NCBI GenBank assembly: GCA_001929475.1 | Contig: LXFE01000515.1 | Span: 1 to 64,000, forward strand | Reading direction: 5' to 3' | From: Neolecta irregularis DAH-3 | Lineage: Eukaryota | DNA: 64,000 nt | Part shown: piece by piece, positions 1-12,464 of the stretch | Numbering within the stretch: the stretch's first letter is position 1 | Layout of the letters: each line of letters begins with the position of its first letter | Program-made: the position numbers and the translations under genes | Notes under the pieces: model-generated | What the model was told of the DNA's origin: nothing | Databases searched by the model: none | Seen by the model: only the letters and a program-made list of their open reading frames with translations

Positions 1-54
1 CATCATCCAGGAACTAGCCCTTTATATATACAAAGTAAGACTATATAATAATAC

Positions 55-170
55 CTATATGAAACCTATATGCATATGAGACATATATGCATATGAGACA
101 TATAGACAATATAATAAGTCTGAGACAATATAATAAGTCCCAGACATTATAATAAGTTCAAGACATTGTA
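55..170. repeat. Degenerate tandem repeat (ATATGCATATGAGAC x2, then ~19-20 nt AGACAATATAATAAGTC-like units x3-4)
   Basis: Repeated units are directly visible in the sequence. Confidence 0.8.
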
Positions 171-263
171 ACCACATGCTGACCGAGAACCCGGTTCATC
201 AATACAAATTAAATTGATCTTGGTAATATAACAGGCAATCTAAGTGTTTTGTATTTCTTGACT

Positions 264-1374
264 CTAAAACTGATCTTTGAATCTCTCACAATAATTTTGG
301 AGCAGGTCTACTGTAAGGGCGGAGCCTAGGCCATTTAAAAATGCAATAAGTTGCCATGCTTACCTCCACAAATAATCACAACTACTGTACTATTCTTGGT
401 CAAATCTGGCAAGATCTTGCGAATCGCTCCTGTGTATGCTATGGCCAAAGATGCTCCACATGCGGGTTCTACGAGCATCTGATGATCCTCTTGAAGAGAG
501 TTAAAAAGTACCACAATAACTCATACCCGAGAACCTCCAGCAAGCATTGACAGCTTGAGCGTCCGTGACAAGATACGGAATTGTGTGATGTTTTTGTGCT
601 AGTGTCAAACATGTTTGACTAATGATTGTGGAGCCAAGAGTCGTTGCTACAGTGTTAATCTCAGGTATTCGCACAAGTTTTCCCAAAGTATAAGCCGCAT
701 TGAAGGATGCAGCACCCTCGGTTTCCACTGCAACAACTGGCACTCTGTCCCAGCCATTTTCATCAAGTCCTTTAATGATACCGGCAAGCAGACCACCACC
801 ACCTACTGAGCAGATTATTGCGTCCGGAGGACTTGGTAATTGCGCTCGCAGCTCAAATGATAATGATGAATTCCCCTGAACGACATCATCGTGGTCAAAA
901 GGCGGGCAATAAACTCCTCGAGCATCCTCTGCAGCCAATTCACGAGTATATATGTCGGTCTCATTCCATACTCGCCCATGGACACGAACCTCTGCCCCTG
1001 CAGTCTTTATTTTCGATTTCATATACTCGCTGGTCGTTAATGGCACAACGATGGTGCTTGGACATTCTAGAGTATGGGCGGCAAACGCAACAGCAAGTCC
1101 TGCATTTCCTCCGCTAGAGGAGTAAAAGTGAGGCTTATTGGAATCTGATGGAAGAGAGTCAACTGCACGTTTGCATAACAGCCCAAGACCACTATAGTTA
1201 AACCAGCCTCGGGGTCTAAGGAAATTACCGTGACTTGAAGGATCCACTTGGTTGTAAATTTTCGAGTTTTAGATAGACTTTACAATTGGCCCAAAGACTC
1301 AGAACACGGGATTCGATTAAGGGTGTTTCTGAATACAACGACGTCAAAGGGACAGTTTCCAATACTGGTGTCAT
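264..1374 (-). CDS. L-serine/threonine dehydratase (PLP-dependent, fold type II); 3 introns
   Basis: Spliced translation MTPVLET...KLENLQPSGSFKSR|GLG, with SSSGGNAG, SVGGGGL, LVEPACGA and IICGG motifs. Confidence 0.92.
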
Positions 1375-1633
1375 TGTGTGTGGAATACTTTGAGACTTGG
1401 GCAAAACTGTAGTCTAAGCTGAGGGACCTGACAACAAGGGCATTCAAGGTCTATAAGCTTTATTCCTAGGTCTTCTATCGAGTTCTAATGACTATCTATT
1501 TGTCTCATACTGTCTTATACTGTCCTGCACTCAATCACTCTGACTCAGATTACAAATGCCAAGTCACGTTTTAGGAGAGGGACTGATAGGGTGCCGTTGG
1601 TTTCGCTACTCTTGTCAAGATAACCACCAGATC

Positions 1634-2452
1634 ATGGCAGTGTCCTTACAATCCACATTTGAATGTTTTCGAGACCATATAGATGATCACGTAGCGGTCC
1701 GCCGATATATGTGTTCTAACCTTCCAAGAACGACCGCAGGGAACGTTTGGTAAAGATTTCTCGGTACGCAAATTCGCAAAGCGTGATGTTTGACATATTG
1801 AGTGATATTACCGCATTGAGCAAGAAAATAATATTTTCTCTCCATCGAATAGCGATCACGCAGACGGAGAATCCGCCAAAGGAAGTTTTGGAACAAATGA
1901 GGAAACGAGAAGAAGAAATACAGGTGTTGTTCCAGAAAGCGATTCCAGACTTGTGTGGCTCGAATACGTGGAGATATCATAGACAGATAAGCCCCGCGTT
2001 GCAAGAATGGGTATTCCTTTCTTTGACCAAGTTGATACAAATGACTGCAGATTGAAGCAATGACGTTCAAGTCCTACATATTAAACTCAAGAATTCCCAC
2101 GCTCGAAGAACTTCAATCTTTGATTCCACGGATTGCTGTTTCGAATTCAGATTATCTTCTTGGCCTTGGCGATCTTACAGGCGAACTGATGCGACGAGCA
2201 ATTAACAACGTTTCACTTCCAGGCGGACCCGTTGAAACAAAGCGGATCGCAGGCGTATTACGATATATTCAATCAGAGATGGAAGGGTTGAGTTTAGGTT
2301 TCGTAATCAAAGACTTCAGTCAAAAAATCGAAACTCTGCGATCTTCGACGGCAAAAGTAGAAGATGCGGTTTATTCAGCTACATTAAGACCAGAAGGATT
2401 CGGTGTAGAGTATATCCCAGCAGAAGAACAAAGTACACATAGGCGTGAATAG
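1634..2452 (+). CDS. Translin-associated factor X (TRAX); 3 introns
   Basis: FRDHIDDH|NDRRERLVKISR|DITALSKKIIFSLHR, ISPALQEW|IEAMTF and DYLLGLGDLTGELMR are typical TRAX motifs. Confidence 0.9.
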
Positions 2453-2537
2453 CAGAATAACTACAGTTAAATAATACCCACGCAAAACCCCTTCCATCTT
2501 ATACAACGCGCCAAAAAGTGTACTGATACAGCCAAAT

Positions 2538-4028
2538 TCAAAGCAGTTTATCTACTTTCTCCAAAAACCCATTAAACGCCTTCAATTGACCCGCTAAACC
2601 GTTCTCTCCACAGACATTTTGTCGTAGTGCCATCGCGAGAGTTTCCGTACCGACAAGTTCGCCTTCATTCACAGCTGATTCTTTCAACTGTTCAAACATT
2701 TCCGCAAAAGATTGTATCTCCGCCATTTCCTAAACAGTCAACATCGTAATTATAAAGGTCAAAAGCGGACCTTGAACTTCAAACTATCGGCTTCATGACG
2801 CCGACGTACCTGTTCCTTCCGCGCTTTGACCTCTGCAATTCGCTTCTTCGTTTCCACGAGCTGTAGCTTCAAATTTGATTTTCTTTTCTGAGCTCTTTTC
2901 AAGGCGGCATTGAGTGATGAGTTTTGATCGAGGGTGTCAGTCTTGAGTTAGCTGCAGATAAAAACAATGGGATATACCATGAGTAATAGTCTTGCTTGAA
3001 TTTCCTCTTCAAAAGTTTCAAGAATCTTTCGTTGTCGACTGTCGATATCGTCGTACATTGAGGCCAGAATATCGCTTATCGCGGTCGCCACGACATCAAT
3101 CTCATTGATATGTTTTTGTCCACTTTTAGTTTTATAAACATTAACATGAATTGGTTCATCAGAGTCCGATTCAGATTTCGAAGGAGTTTTTTTCCGGCGT
3201 TTCCTAGGTTTAGGAGTTGGTTGATGGGATTGCGAAATATCAATTTCGGGGGTCTCTGAAGGATGTAATGAAGGTTGTTCTTCGTTCAAGGTAACGGGCA
3301 TGACTTTTTGCTTATGAGGATTTGGGGATAGTGGTTCGGGTGTTTCTTCAACTTCTGCACGCTTTCTGCGCTTTTGCGATGAGCGATGGGATGGTATAAA
3401 GGAAGTTCTAGAGCGAAAGATTGAAGGTTGAGGAGATGCACCGAGTGATATGGAACGGTTCCCTTTAATAAAAGATGGTGTTTCCACATTCTCTGTTGAT
3501 ATTGTGTTCCAATTGCTTTTTCGCGATTGGGGAATTTCTTGGATGATTTCTTCGTCTTCGTGCTCCTGTTGCAACGATTTTGGAAAAGAGTCTGGAATCT
3601 CGTCGGTCAAATCTTGTTTTGACGGCGGATTCTGAATCAATTCAAATATATTTTCGCCTTTTCTGGGGTCGGCCCTCGATAGGCTCGGGTCTTTTTTGCT
3701 TGCTCCAAGACTTTGTGGTCGTTCCTGGTCCATCTCTTTCGGTGTTGCATACTTGTCGGGAGAAGGTTGTCTCGCCAATTTGCGCACAGGTGTCCTGCCA
3801 TTCTGTTTCTTTAGCGGTTTGATCTTGAAGACGACATCTTTCGGTAGATAATACTTGCTCCAAGGTCAGTTTTGTAATTCCGAGACGACAATATACCCTG
3901 CGCCACGCAATCTCTCCTGCAGCCGCTGTTGATAACGGTCAGGAAGGCCATTTTCGCGCTGTTTCTGCGCTGGATCCGGGTCTAGATGTCAATTTTTAAT
4001 GAGACAATGGCGATAGAATACCCGTCAT
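2538..4028 (-). CDS. Probable inner-kinetochore CENP-U/Ame1-like protein
   Basis: Spliced N-terminus MTDPDP...YQQRLQERLRGAG resembles the RLRG/RQRGAG N-terminal motif of fungal Ame1/CENP-U. It is followed by a disordered middle and a C-terminal coiled coil ending QLKAFNGFLEK. Confidence 0.6.
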
Positions 4029-4130
4029 GGGCGCGGGGTTTTGTTGTGGAGTCGCGGTTTGGGTCCCAAAACTCTTCACAACGCCTCGAATCGCCTTGTG
4101 ATCTTTTTCAACTTTTCCTCATTTTGCCTT

Positions 4131-4604
4131 ATGTGGCCCTTTTCCAGCGATACAGACAAGGCCGCCAATGTTCTCAGCTCTCTCGACCCAGATATCCGCC
4201 AATTCCTTAACGAAAATCTGCCAGCGCCAAGTCCTCGCGATTCGCAGCCCAAGCAGCGACAAACAGATATTGCTGAGGGTCGCGATGGTTTTATGGCTGC
4301 TGGAAAACGGGTGGCAGAACAGCGAAGAGCAATTTCCAGGGCTGCGAGAGCAAATTGTGCAGCAGAAGAATTTGAATTGCATGATTGTTATATGAACGGT
4401 TCCTGGAAAGATACGCAAACGCTATGTGATCGCTGGAGAACAAGATTTTGGAGATGTGTCGATGCACAAAAACACACCCTTGCAACCTTTGATTATGGTA
4501 ATCCGAACAATGGCGAGAAATTAAACGATATCATCCAAGGCAAGGCCGATAATCTTTTCCAGAAATATCTAAAACAGACCAATCAAGACCACATGGAGAA
4601 ATAG
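4131..4604 (+). CDS. Conserved fungal twin CX9C protein (putative mitochondrial intermembrane space)
   Basis: Starts MWPFSS...LDPDIRQFL. Contains CAAEEFELHDC and CDRWRTRFWRC (two C-x9-C motifs). Confidence 0.7.
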   Translation: MWPFSSDTDKAANVLSSLDPDIRQFLNENLPAPSPRDSQPKQRQTDIAEGRDGFMAAGKRVAEQRRAISRAARANCAAEEFELHDCYMNGSWKDTQTLCDRWRTRFWRCVDAQKHTLATFDYGNPNNGEKLNDIIQGKADNLFQKYLKQTNQDHMEK

Positions 4605-4786
4605 ATTAGAATTAAGACGGTATATATGGAGTTTTTGCGTATGCTTCGGCTTTTCCTCAACTTCTTATATTTGAGATAGGAAATCAGGTTTGTGTAGTCG
4701 AATATTTTTCTGATACTGCTCTTGTTCAGTTCAGTACTCCTGGTTTACTGCTTTCTCTTCATTATGGGTTACATATGTTTACCATA

Positions 4787-5852
4787 TCACTCTAACTCAT
4801 CATCGCGGAATATCGCAACTTTTATCTCGCCGTCTTTCGCATATCCACGAAACATTCCATCACAATTAAAGTCCATAGCCCATTTTCCCCTGTTATCCAA
4901 GACAATAACACCTCCAGCTGCGGCTTCATTCCAAAGCTCACCAACTGCATTTCGGGAAGCTTTTTTCAGGCTCAGACCGCGCTTTACACTTTCAACAACA
5001 GTCCTCGCAGTACCCAATCGAATAAACCAATCTCCATCTCCAGTTCCACTGACTCCAACCTTTCTCGTTCGTCGTAGAATCCTAGTCTTCCACAAATCTG
5101 CCCAGTATCCGGCTCCAGCAACAGGTGTATCTCCAATCCTCCCACTAAATTTATTCGTGAGGCCACCCGTACTTGTTGCCACAGAGATCTCCCCAAAGAT
5201 ATCGAGGGCAACCGCACCAACAGTCCCTCGAGGTAAACTCATATCTCCAGTTTGTTTATGCTCCTGCCATCTTTTATCCGTATAAAAGTACTCTTGATTA
5301 ACCAATTCCAACCCCAGTTCCTTGGCTAAATCTTCCGCTTTGACATCTGATATAAACGCGTGAGGACACAAATCCCTTCTCGTCAATAGTGCCTTTACGA
5401 GAAGAATCGGATTCTTAACATGTCGAAGTAACGTTGCGCTCATCGTTCGGCGAGTCGCATTGGTAGTCATCACACTTGCCTCTAGTTCATTTGTCCCATC
5501 TTCAGTGAATACAGCGCCTTTCCCAGCATTAAAAAGTGGCGAATTTTCCATATAGGCTACTGCTGCACATACTGCATCTAGTGAGGTTCCCTCTTGTTCC
5601 AGAATTCTATTTCCTAGATATTAATCAACATCAGAAAGTGTGTATGCCTGTTTTAAGAGCCTCTCGTAGTCCTGCGCGATACTGAGAAAGCAGATCTTTG
5701 GGGGTGTCGCGTGAAATTGTCCCTGCTCCACCATGGATCAGAAGATATGTGTTTGAGGGTAACATTCTACGAGTCGGATGAAGAGATCTCTGGGATGCAT
5801 TTAAAGCCTTTTCTGTAGAAAGTTTCTCAGTGATTTCGGGATAACATATCAT
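4787..5852 (-). CDS. Isoaspartyl peptidase / plant-type L-asparaginase (Ntn hydrolase); alternative start at 5765
   Basis: LIHGGAG, ENSPLFNAGKGAV, GTVGAVALD (Thr nucleophile), ATSTGG, GRIGDTP and SGTGDG motifs. Confidence 0.93.
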
Positions 5853-6057
5853 GGCTTGGGTGGGTCCAAGTCAAGGCGAAACTGGGGTCGTCGACAATCT
5901 TCGATAGTAGAAAAAAGCCAGAAGTAATTATATAACGAGTGGTAATAGCAAGTTTCTAATATTTTTCTATGCTGAAGACTTCATCCATGTTGAAAATAAC
6001 ATCGGATCCATATGAACTTAGGTATACAATTCCCGAAAAGACTTTTGAATGCAATGT

Positions 6058-7741
6058 TCATCCATCCAACCTAGCAGCTTTAAAACGACTCATCTTTCTT
6101 TTCTTCCCATTTCCATCCTCAATATATTCTTCGTGCAAGGGTAAAATTTCCCCGTCGTATTCAATATATCCACCTTTCTCAGCAATCATCTTTTGCCTCA
6201 ATCGGTGATATTCTATGGCAATTTCCTTTTCATGAAGATCTGCGTTGAGGTCATCGTCAGAAACTTGTTCAGGTTCAACATGTTCTATCACAGTCATTTT
6301 CATGATTGTCGATGCCTGAGTCGAAACCGGCTTCGCTGGAGCTTTCTTTAGCACAGATTTTATTGAATTGATGAAGGGTGAGGTCATTTGATCTTGCGAG
6401 AGAGAGCTTTCGATTACAATACTCTTTATTTCAGGTGGATTTTTCTCAGAAGTCGGTTTCTCGGATGGCTCCGCTACTGCATGTTCTACGATTTCACTCT
6501 TTACAGGTATTTTCGATATCTTGTGGTCCGAGGATAACTCGTTTCCGATCGTATCTTTTACCGGTGATGACAATTTCTTGATAAATTTCTCTGGTGGTAT
6601 CTTGTCAGTTAAGCAAGACTCATTTCGTGATGTTCTTTCTTGCTTAAATCTCGACACTTTTTTGGCAACTCGATTTGTATCTCCATCGCTAGCTTGTACT
6701 GGCGAAGATCGTCGATTCCACCGTGATTTTTCTGGAATTGCTAGCTTCTCGTTATCCACAGTTCCCTCTTCAAACCGAACTCTTCTTGTTCCGGTTGCTT
6801 CTGATGTCAAAACTGGCTTTTCAGGCAGTGTATATTTTGTCATTCCATATTCGTCCTCCGATTCATCTGTCGGTATATCAGAGTATTCCAAGTCATCGTC
6901 GCCTGATGAGTACTCGATGTTCAGCTCACCGACAATATGTTCCATTTCTGCCAATTCATCATATTCAGCCTGCTCGAAATCATCTATTTCTTCTTCATCG
7001 GAATATGACGTAATCTCAGCTTCTTTTGACAATTTCCTTTTTTCATCAAGTTCAATTTTATCGATCATTGTGTGGAGTTCATCCAGTGAGTGAGCGGTCA
7101 TCGGGTTTGCTGTTGATTGAGGATGTATCGGAACGTTACTGGCTATGTCATGTCAGCTCAGGTTCCAAAAGGAGCGGTTACAAATTATGTTATCTTCATC
7201 GTCGAGGACCTCTTGTATATCTATAATAGGCAAACCATCTTCATTGACGATCTTCTAATAAGATTCATCCAGACTTTGTCACATACCTGATGATATTCAT
7301 TGAGTTCAGGAAGAGCACTCTTCTTCTCACTGAGATCTTTTATCTGAGCATCAATCCTCTTGATGTTTTGCCGAATATCTGATAGATTAGCAAATGCTGT
7401 GAGACATAACCAACTATCTATTCTTAAATCGACGACATGGAGAGCTTGTTTCGTCGACATTTCTGCAGACCAATCTTCGCCGATTATTGCTGCCAACTCA
7501 TCTGTATGTGCCAACTTTCCGGTCTCAGAAGATTTTTTCTCAAAAGGTACCTACAATGTTCAGCTTGTGTCATTTCTTTTGACGCTCCTCAACTTACCAC
7601 AACATCTTTCATCGACATATCCGGCATCTCTTCTAGGAACTTATTCAGCTTGATATAATCGTTATCAGAAGCAACATATTTGGCCATTTCCTGCTCGAGA
7701 TCCGCTATTTTAGCGTCTATAAATCGAACGATAACATCCAT
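6058..7741 (-). CDS. BUD27: URI/Bud27 unconventional prefoldin
   Basis: N-terminal prefoldin-like helices (DYIKLNKFLEEMPD, IIGEDWSAEMSTKQA), an acidic middle region, and C-terminal EIAIEYHRLR...KMSRFKAAR. Confidence 0.8.
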
Positions 7742-7786
7742 TTTATGTTGAAAGAGTAGTAGTGGGTTGTCGTTTGCAGTCTTCAC

Positions 7787-8886
7787 ATGAGACCCCCTTC
7801 AGTGAAATCGTCCACCGAGAACCAACTTGACTTGAAATGCCCCGTTTGCAAATCAGACAAGTATCTAAATCCAAGATTGAAATTAGTTATCAATGGGCAA
7901 TGCTACCACAAAATGTGCACGACCTGTCGGGATCGGCTATACCAACACAATACCCCCGCTCCATGTCCCGTCTGCGGAACAATCCTTCGCGCTAGAGATT
8001 TCAGAGAACAGACTTTTGAGGATACCGGCGTTGAACGGGAAGTAGATGTGCGGAAACGGATGGCCAGGATATTCAATAAAGCGCAAGACGATTTTGATGA
8101 TTTGAGGGATTACAATGATTATCTCGAGCAGGTGGAAGAACTAAGTATATTTTCCGTAAAACAGCACTCCTAATGGACAGCTTTCAATCTTGTATATCGC
8201 GTTGACGTGGAACAGACAGAAGCTCGAGTAGCGAAATATGAAGCCGAAAATAAAATTAGTATTCAGTACAACACTGAACGATCGCAATATGAAGCTTCAG
8301 AATTACAAAGAAGAGAACAAGAACAACAGCGTGAACGTCAGCTACAGAAGGATTTGGCTATACAAGAAGAATTAGACCAGAAAATTGAACTGGAAGAGAA
8401 GAAGTCTGATCTCATTAGAGAATTGGCAAGACTTTGATAGGGTAAACAATATTTCTAACAAGAAGGCATCAAGCAGCAAACCCGCAGATTCAATCATCCT
8501 TCACAACAACCAGATTTCTTATAGAAGATCAAACGCTCGCAAACTGCAACGCGTCGAACAAGCTCATACTAACGTCGACCCATTGTCGTTCATTCCCACT
8601 CGAAGAGCACTCAATGAAGACGATCATCTCCCTTTCGATCCATTTGGTGGATATGGGGAAGACACACCTCTATACACTCTTCGAGATGACTACGAAGATT
8701 TGTAAGTTACACTCATAAGGAGAAGGTACTGAGACTCCTAGACATTTAGTTGCTATTGGTAAAGATATTTCTGCTCAGGCTGGCGGTTTTTCGGTTCAAG
8801 ATGCCCATAGACGCGCATTGTTTGCAGCATTCTCAGGTTTGGGTTGTTTCATTAGTTTAGAGAAAGCGGATCAGGTCATAGAATAG
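7787..8886 (+). CDS. TFB3: TFIIH/CAK assembly factor MAT1
   Basis: RING CPVCKSDKYLNP...CYHKMC...CPVC, then FEDTGVEREVDVRKR and YNDYLEQVEE. C-terminal AGGFS...RALFAAFSGLG. Confidence 0.95.
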
Positions 8887-9208
8887 AGATGTTGGTATGC
8901 ATTTCGGTGCAATTGAATTTTGATATAAATTTGTCAAACTACTGAAATTTGTTGTATGCTCATGTCACAAAGAACCCTTGATAGTGGCTGGAACTTTCAC
9001 AGTGACTCGAAGAATAAGAGAAACTCAATCTGTAAAACATTGACTAAACGAGAAGTCATCAAATATTTGCAATTTGAAAAGAGAGAAGTAAAAAGGACCC
9101 TGACGTAAACCGCTGCCCGTATTTCTACACGAATAAAGACATTATCATTGCAGGGTTGATAAAAATGAAGTATGAATACATTCAAGAAACAAACAAAAAA
9201 TTTTGAGT

Positions 9209-12134
9209 CTACACTTCAAGCCAAGGTCTTCCCGCTGGTGCACTAGGTCGATTGATTTGTCGTCTTGAGATCGGAGTTTGACTCGGATCGTCTTTAACAG
9301 CTTCCAAAGCATCATAAAGTGCATAAATCTGGTCAGCTTTCGCCTCCAACTGTTCGATGACTTCTCGGAGTCTATCGGCGATGGCTTTACGTTTTCGTTT
9401 ACCATAACCGGGATCGAGTGATTCGTATGTATCAATGAGCTCGTGGTATTGCCTATGCTTTAGTTCAGGGTAAGGAAACGGCGATCACAATTTGAGATGA
9501 CGGAATTCATCTTCTAATTGAGTTAGGACGCTGGTCAAAGCAACGCCTGGCGGCATTGAGGGGCGAATAGACTCCTCATCTATGAAATCTTTTTCGATAT
9601 TGATGCGGGCCCTGGGGGGAAACAACATGGTATCATCGAGATCTGCGATATTAACACCAGACATCTCATGTCAACATACCAGTTTCAATAGGCTCATCTG
9701 CATGTTTGTGCTTCCTGGAACAAATTGTACAGCTCGATGGATTGTGACGGGCGAGATTATCGATGATTTTCTGAACACCGGCATTAACTCTAGCTTTTGG
9801 TCCAGATCGTCGAGGTGCTGAAATCTTGTATTCTCGAGATTTTGGACGAGGCACCTCGGAATACTCAACAGCATCAATCCATTTAGATTGTTTGTGTTTT
9901 GGCTTTCTTGCCTGAGAATGTTAGACGAGTAGGTGAGTGAGAAATACTCCCTTGACTGGCACCACAACTTCCTCTTCACTCTCAGAGTCTTCTTCCATCT
10001 CCTCCGAGTCTTCATCGTAAACGCTATCCACTGATGATTCGTCCTCATCCTCCGTCTCTATGACGACTGGACGACGTTTCCTGATTGTAGCTCGACGCTT
10101 CGGCTTCTCTTTAGTATCGATCTGGATTTCAATAGTCTTCTTGTGTTTTCTGGGTTCTGTGCCGATTCGTTTGTTAACCATCTTTACCGGAGCTGGAGCA
10201 GATGCAGCACTGGTGCTCTGCTTCTTCTTGGCAGAAGTTCGAGAGTTCCGCGCTGCCTCAATCTCTCTTTGCACGCGAGCCAATTCTTCCGAGTCGTAAA
10301 AGCTCTCCCGAGTTGTATCTTCAAGGCCAGAGTCTGCATGTCTCCTTGATGAATCTTGGATTTGAACTTTTCTTGGTGTTGAAGTAGTCTTAGGGGTGTT
10401 TCGAATTTTGTCAACATGGTTTTTGACACGATCCTGAGCCTCTTTACTTCGTTCTTTTAGCAACTTTTCTTTGTACATAGTCCTTATTGTTTCAAGCTCT
10501 TGGCGTAGTCGCTCATTCTCAGTTTTGAGATTATCAATGTCAGAAAGTGCCTGAGCAAGAGCTCGAATAGCTTCGCTTCGTTCTTCACCAAGGTTTTGTG
10601 TAAAGACTCTATCGGCATCCATTTGACGTTCGAGTAGATCAATTTTAGCTTTAAGAGAAGCAATTGTATTTTCGAGCTCTAAAAGGTTAAAATAACCCGT
10701 ACCGTATTCGCTTACTTTTCCGTTCCAACGCATGGTCCATGCGCTGTTTTTCTACCAACTCCTCCAATTGATCTGCATGTTCATTTGCACTTCCTAAGGC
10801 ACTATCTGGGCGGGGTTTCTTGAGCTGTTCGTCTAGCTCACGAGCACGACTCTGTTCAGCTTGCAAAACATCCCTTGTTCTACGCAGTTCAGCTTCCAGA
10901 TTCTGCGTCCGAATATGAGCAGATGTGTTTTGCGATTCGAGGTAGGTGACTTTATCTTGCAAAGTCCGCAAAGCTAGTAAGATGGCTTACATATAAGTTT
11001 GCGGCTTTTATGAAGATTTTGGTACCTTGATCGTCGGCAGATATGGGTATAGATGAGATAGGATTATGCTGAGAGGAACGATGGCCAACATCCGTCATCA
11101 AATTGGACATATCAGGAAGATTTGGAATTCTGAAGGATTGAGTCATCGGGTAAGTTCCAGTTGGGTTTGTGGAATGTTCAGGCCTGCGATAGGCATTTGT
11201 GTTCTTATCAAGCCCCAGCTCGCGGAGAAGAGCATTTGTAGACTTGAAAGCATGAGGAGCACTAGTGGAAGGGTGATTGTCCAATTGGCGTTTTATCAGC
11301 TCATTATCTGATTTACTACGTTGTTGATAGTCTGTGCGGTTTTGGACTCCGTGACTCTTCTTAAGTCGAGCGAGAGCGGGACTTTTAGCACTTGCGAAAC
11401 GTTTATCATTGGAGCTGCGAGGCCGTTCAGCTCCTGCATCATAATCCGCAGAATCATCAGCAATCCTCTGAAGAGCATCGATAATACGACTCTGGCCGCT
11501 GTTTGGTTCTATTTGCTTTGTCCGCTTGTTTTGGGGTGTTTCGACAATTTTTTGAGACTTCCATTCATATGATTTGTCTTTGTTTGCTCCAATTGGGGAG
11601 TGGCGGTTTTCGGTATTGCCACCGATATCTCTAAAATCTGTGGATATGCTAGAATTGGAAGCTGGACTTCGCAACCTTGAGGCGAGATCCCGTTCTGAGA
11701 CGAGAGGTTGACCAGAAGCCGAGCGCGCATTCCGAGCACTGAAATCTAGAGACCCGACCTGTAAGTTTTAAGCATGCATACCGTTTAGGTGATGGGCGTA
11801 CCCCTGTAGTTCCCAAAGATTTACCTAGACCTATTTCAATACTGTTGTCGGTAAATTCGCTGGGACCCATACTGAAGTCTTTGAAGTGTTTGCTTAGACT
11901 CCTCGAGTCCGGAGTCTTGTCGAAGAATTCAAACTTGCTGTTCGGAGTGACTCTGTCCGCCCGAAAGTCAGTTGTTCCGGTATGGTCTTCGGTCCGTGGC
12001 AGATCATCAAACGACAAGTCATTAAGCTCCCGCTCAAGTTCTTGCTCGAGCCTGATCCTATCGCGTTCATTGTAATCGGTGGGTATTGTAATAGAGGGCT
12101 CTGCGTCTAGGAAGGGCTTACTGCCATCAGGCAT
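9209..12134 (-). CDS. Spindle pole body Ppc89/Cep57-like coiled-coil protein; several introns
   Basis: Coiled coils, an HNPSSCTIC motif, and C-terminal IRPSMPPGVALTSVLTQLEDEFRHLK...LEAKADQIYALYD resembling the Cep57 microtubule-binding domain. Confidence 0.75.
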
Positions 12135-12464
12135 GTTGGGATGACCGATCCCCAAGACAGTAACCCGGCAACAATCAGAAAAGAAAAGCGATCAAAGTTC
12201 CTGACTCTATGTGGCAAGCAGACAAGGATACTATAGGAAGCGGGATGAATGGAAGCGGGATAAAAAGTTGGAGGTTGATTGCAGAAAACAACAAAGAACC
12301 AAACGCGTGAAGCTCACCGCCATAGAACGCAATCTAGGACATTTGAATATACATATTTTCTGCACTTGTTATTTTATTTTACCTATCTCTTCGTATATTC
12401 TATAGCTAGTAGGTCAAGATATCTGGGCTTGTGTCCAGACGAGAATCTTACTGAAAATTCAGAT

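Noticed and set aside
55-170. CRISPR-like array
   Set aside because: Tandem units without unique spacers, in a eukaryotic context.
6521-7093. Long antisense ORFs (also 4722-5285, 27477-27908, 35175-35642 and others)
   Set aside because: They are shadows of real genes on the opposite strand, with no independent motifs.
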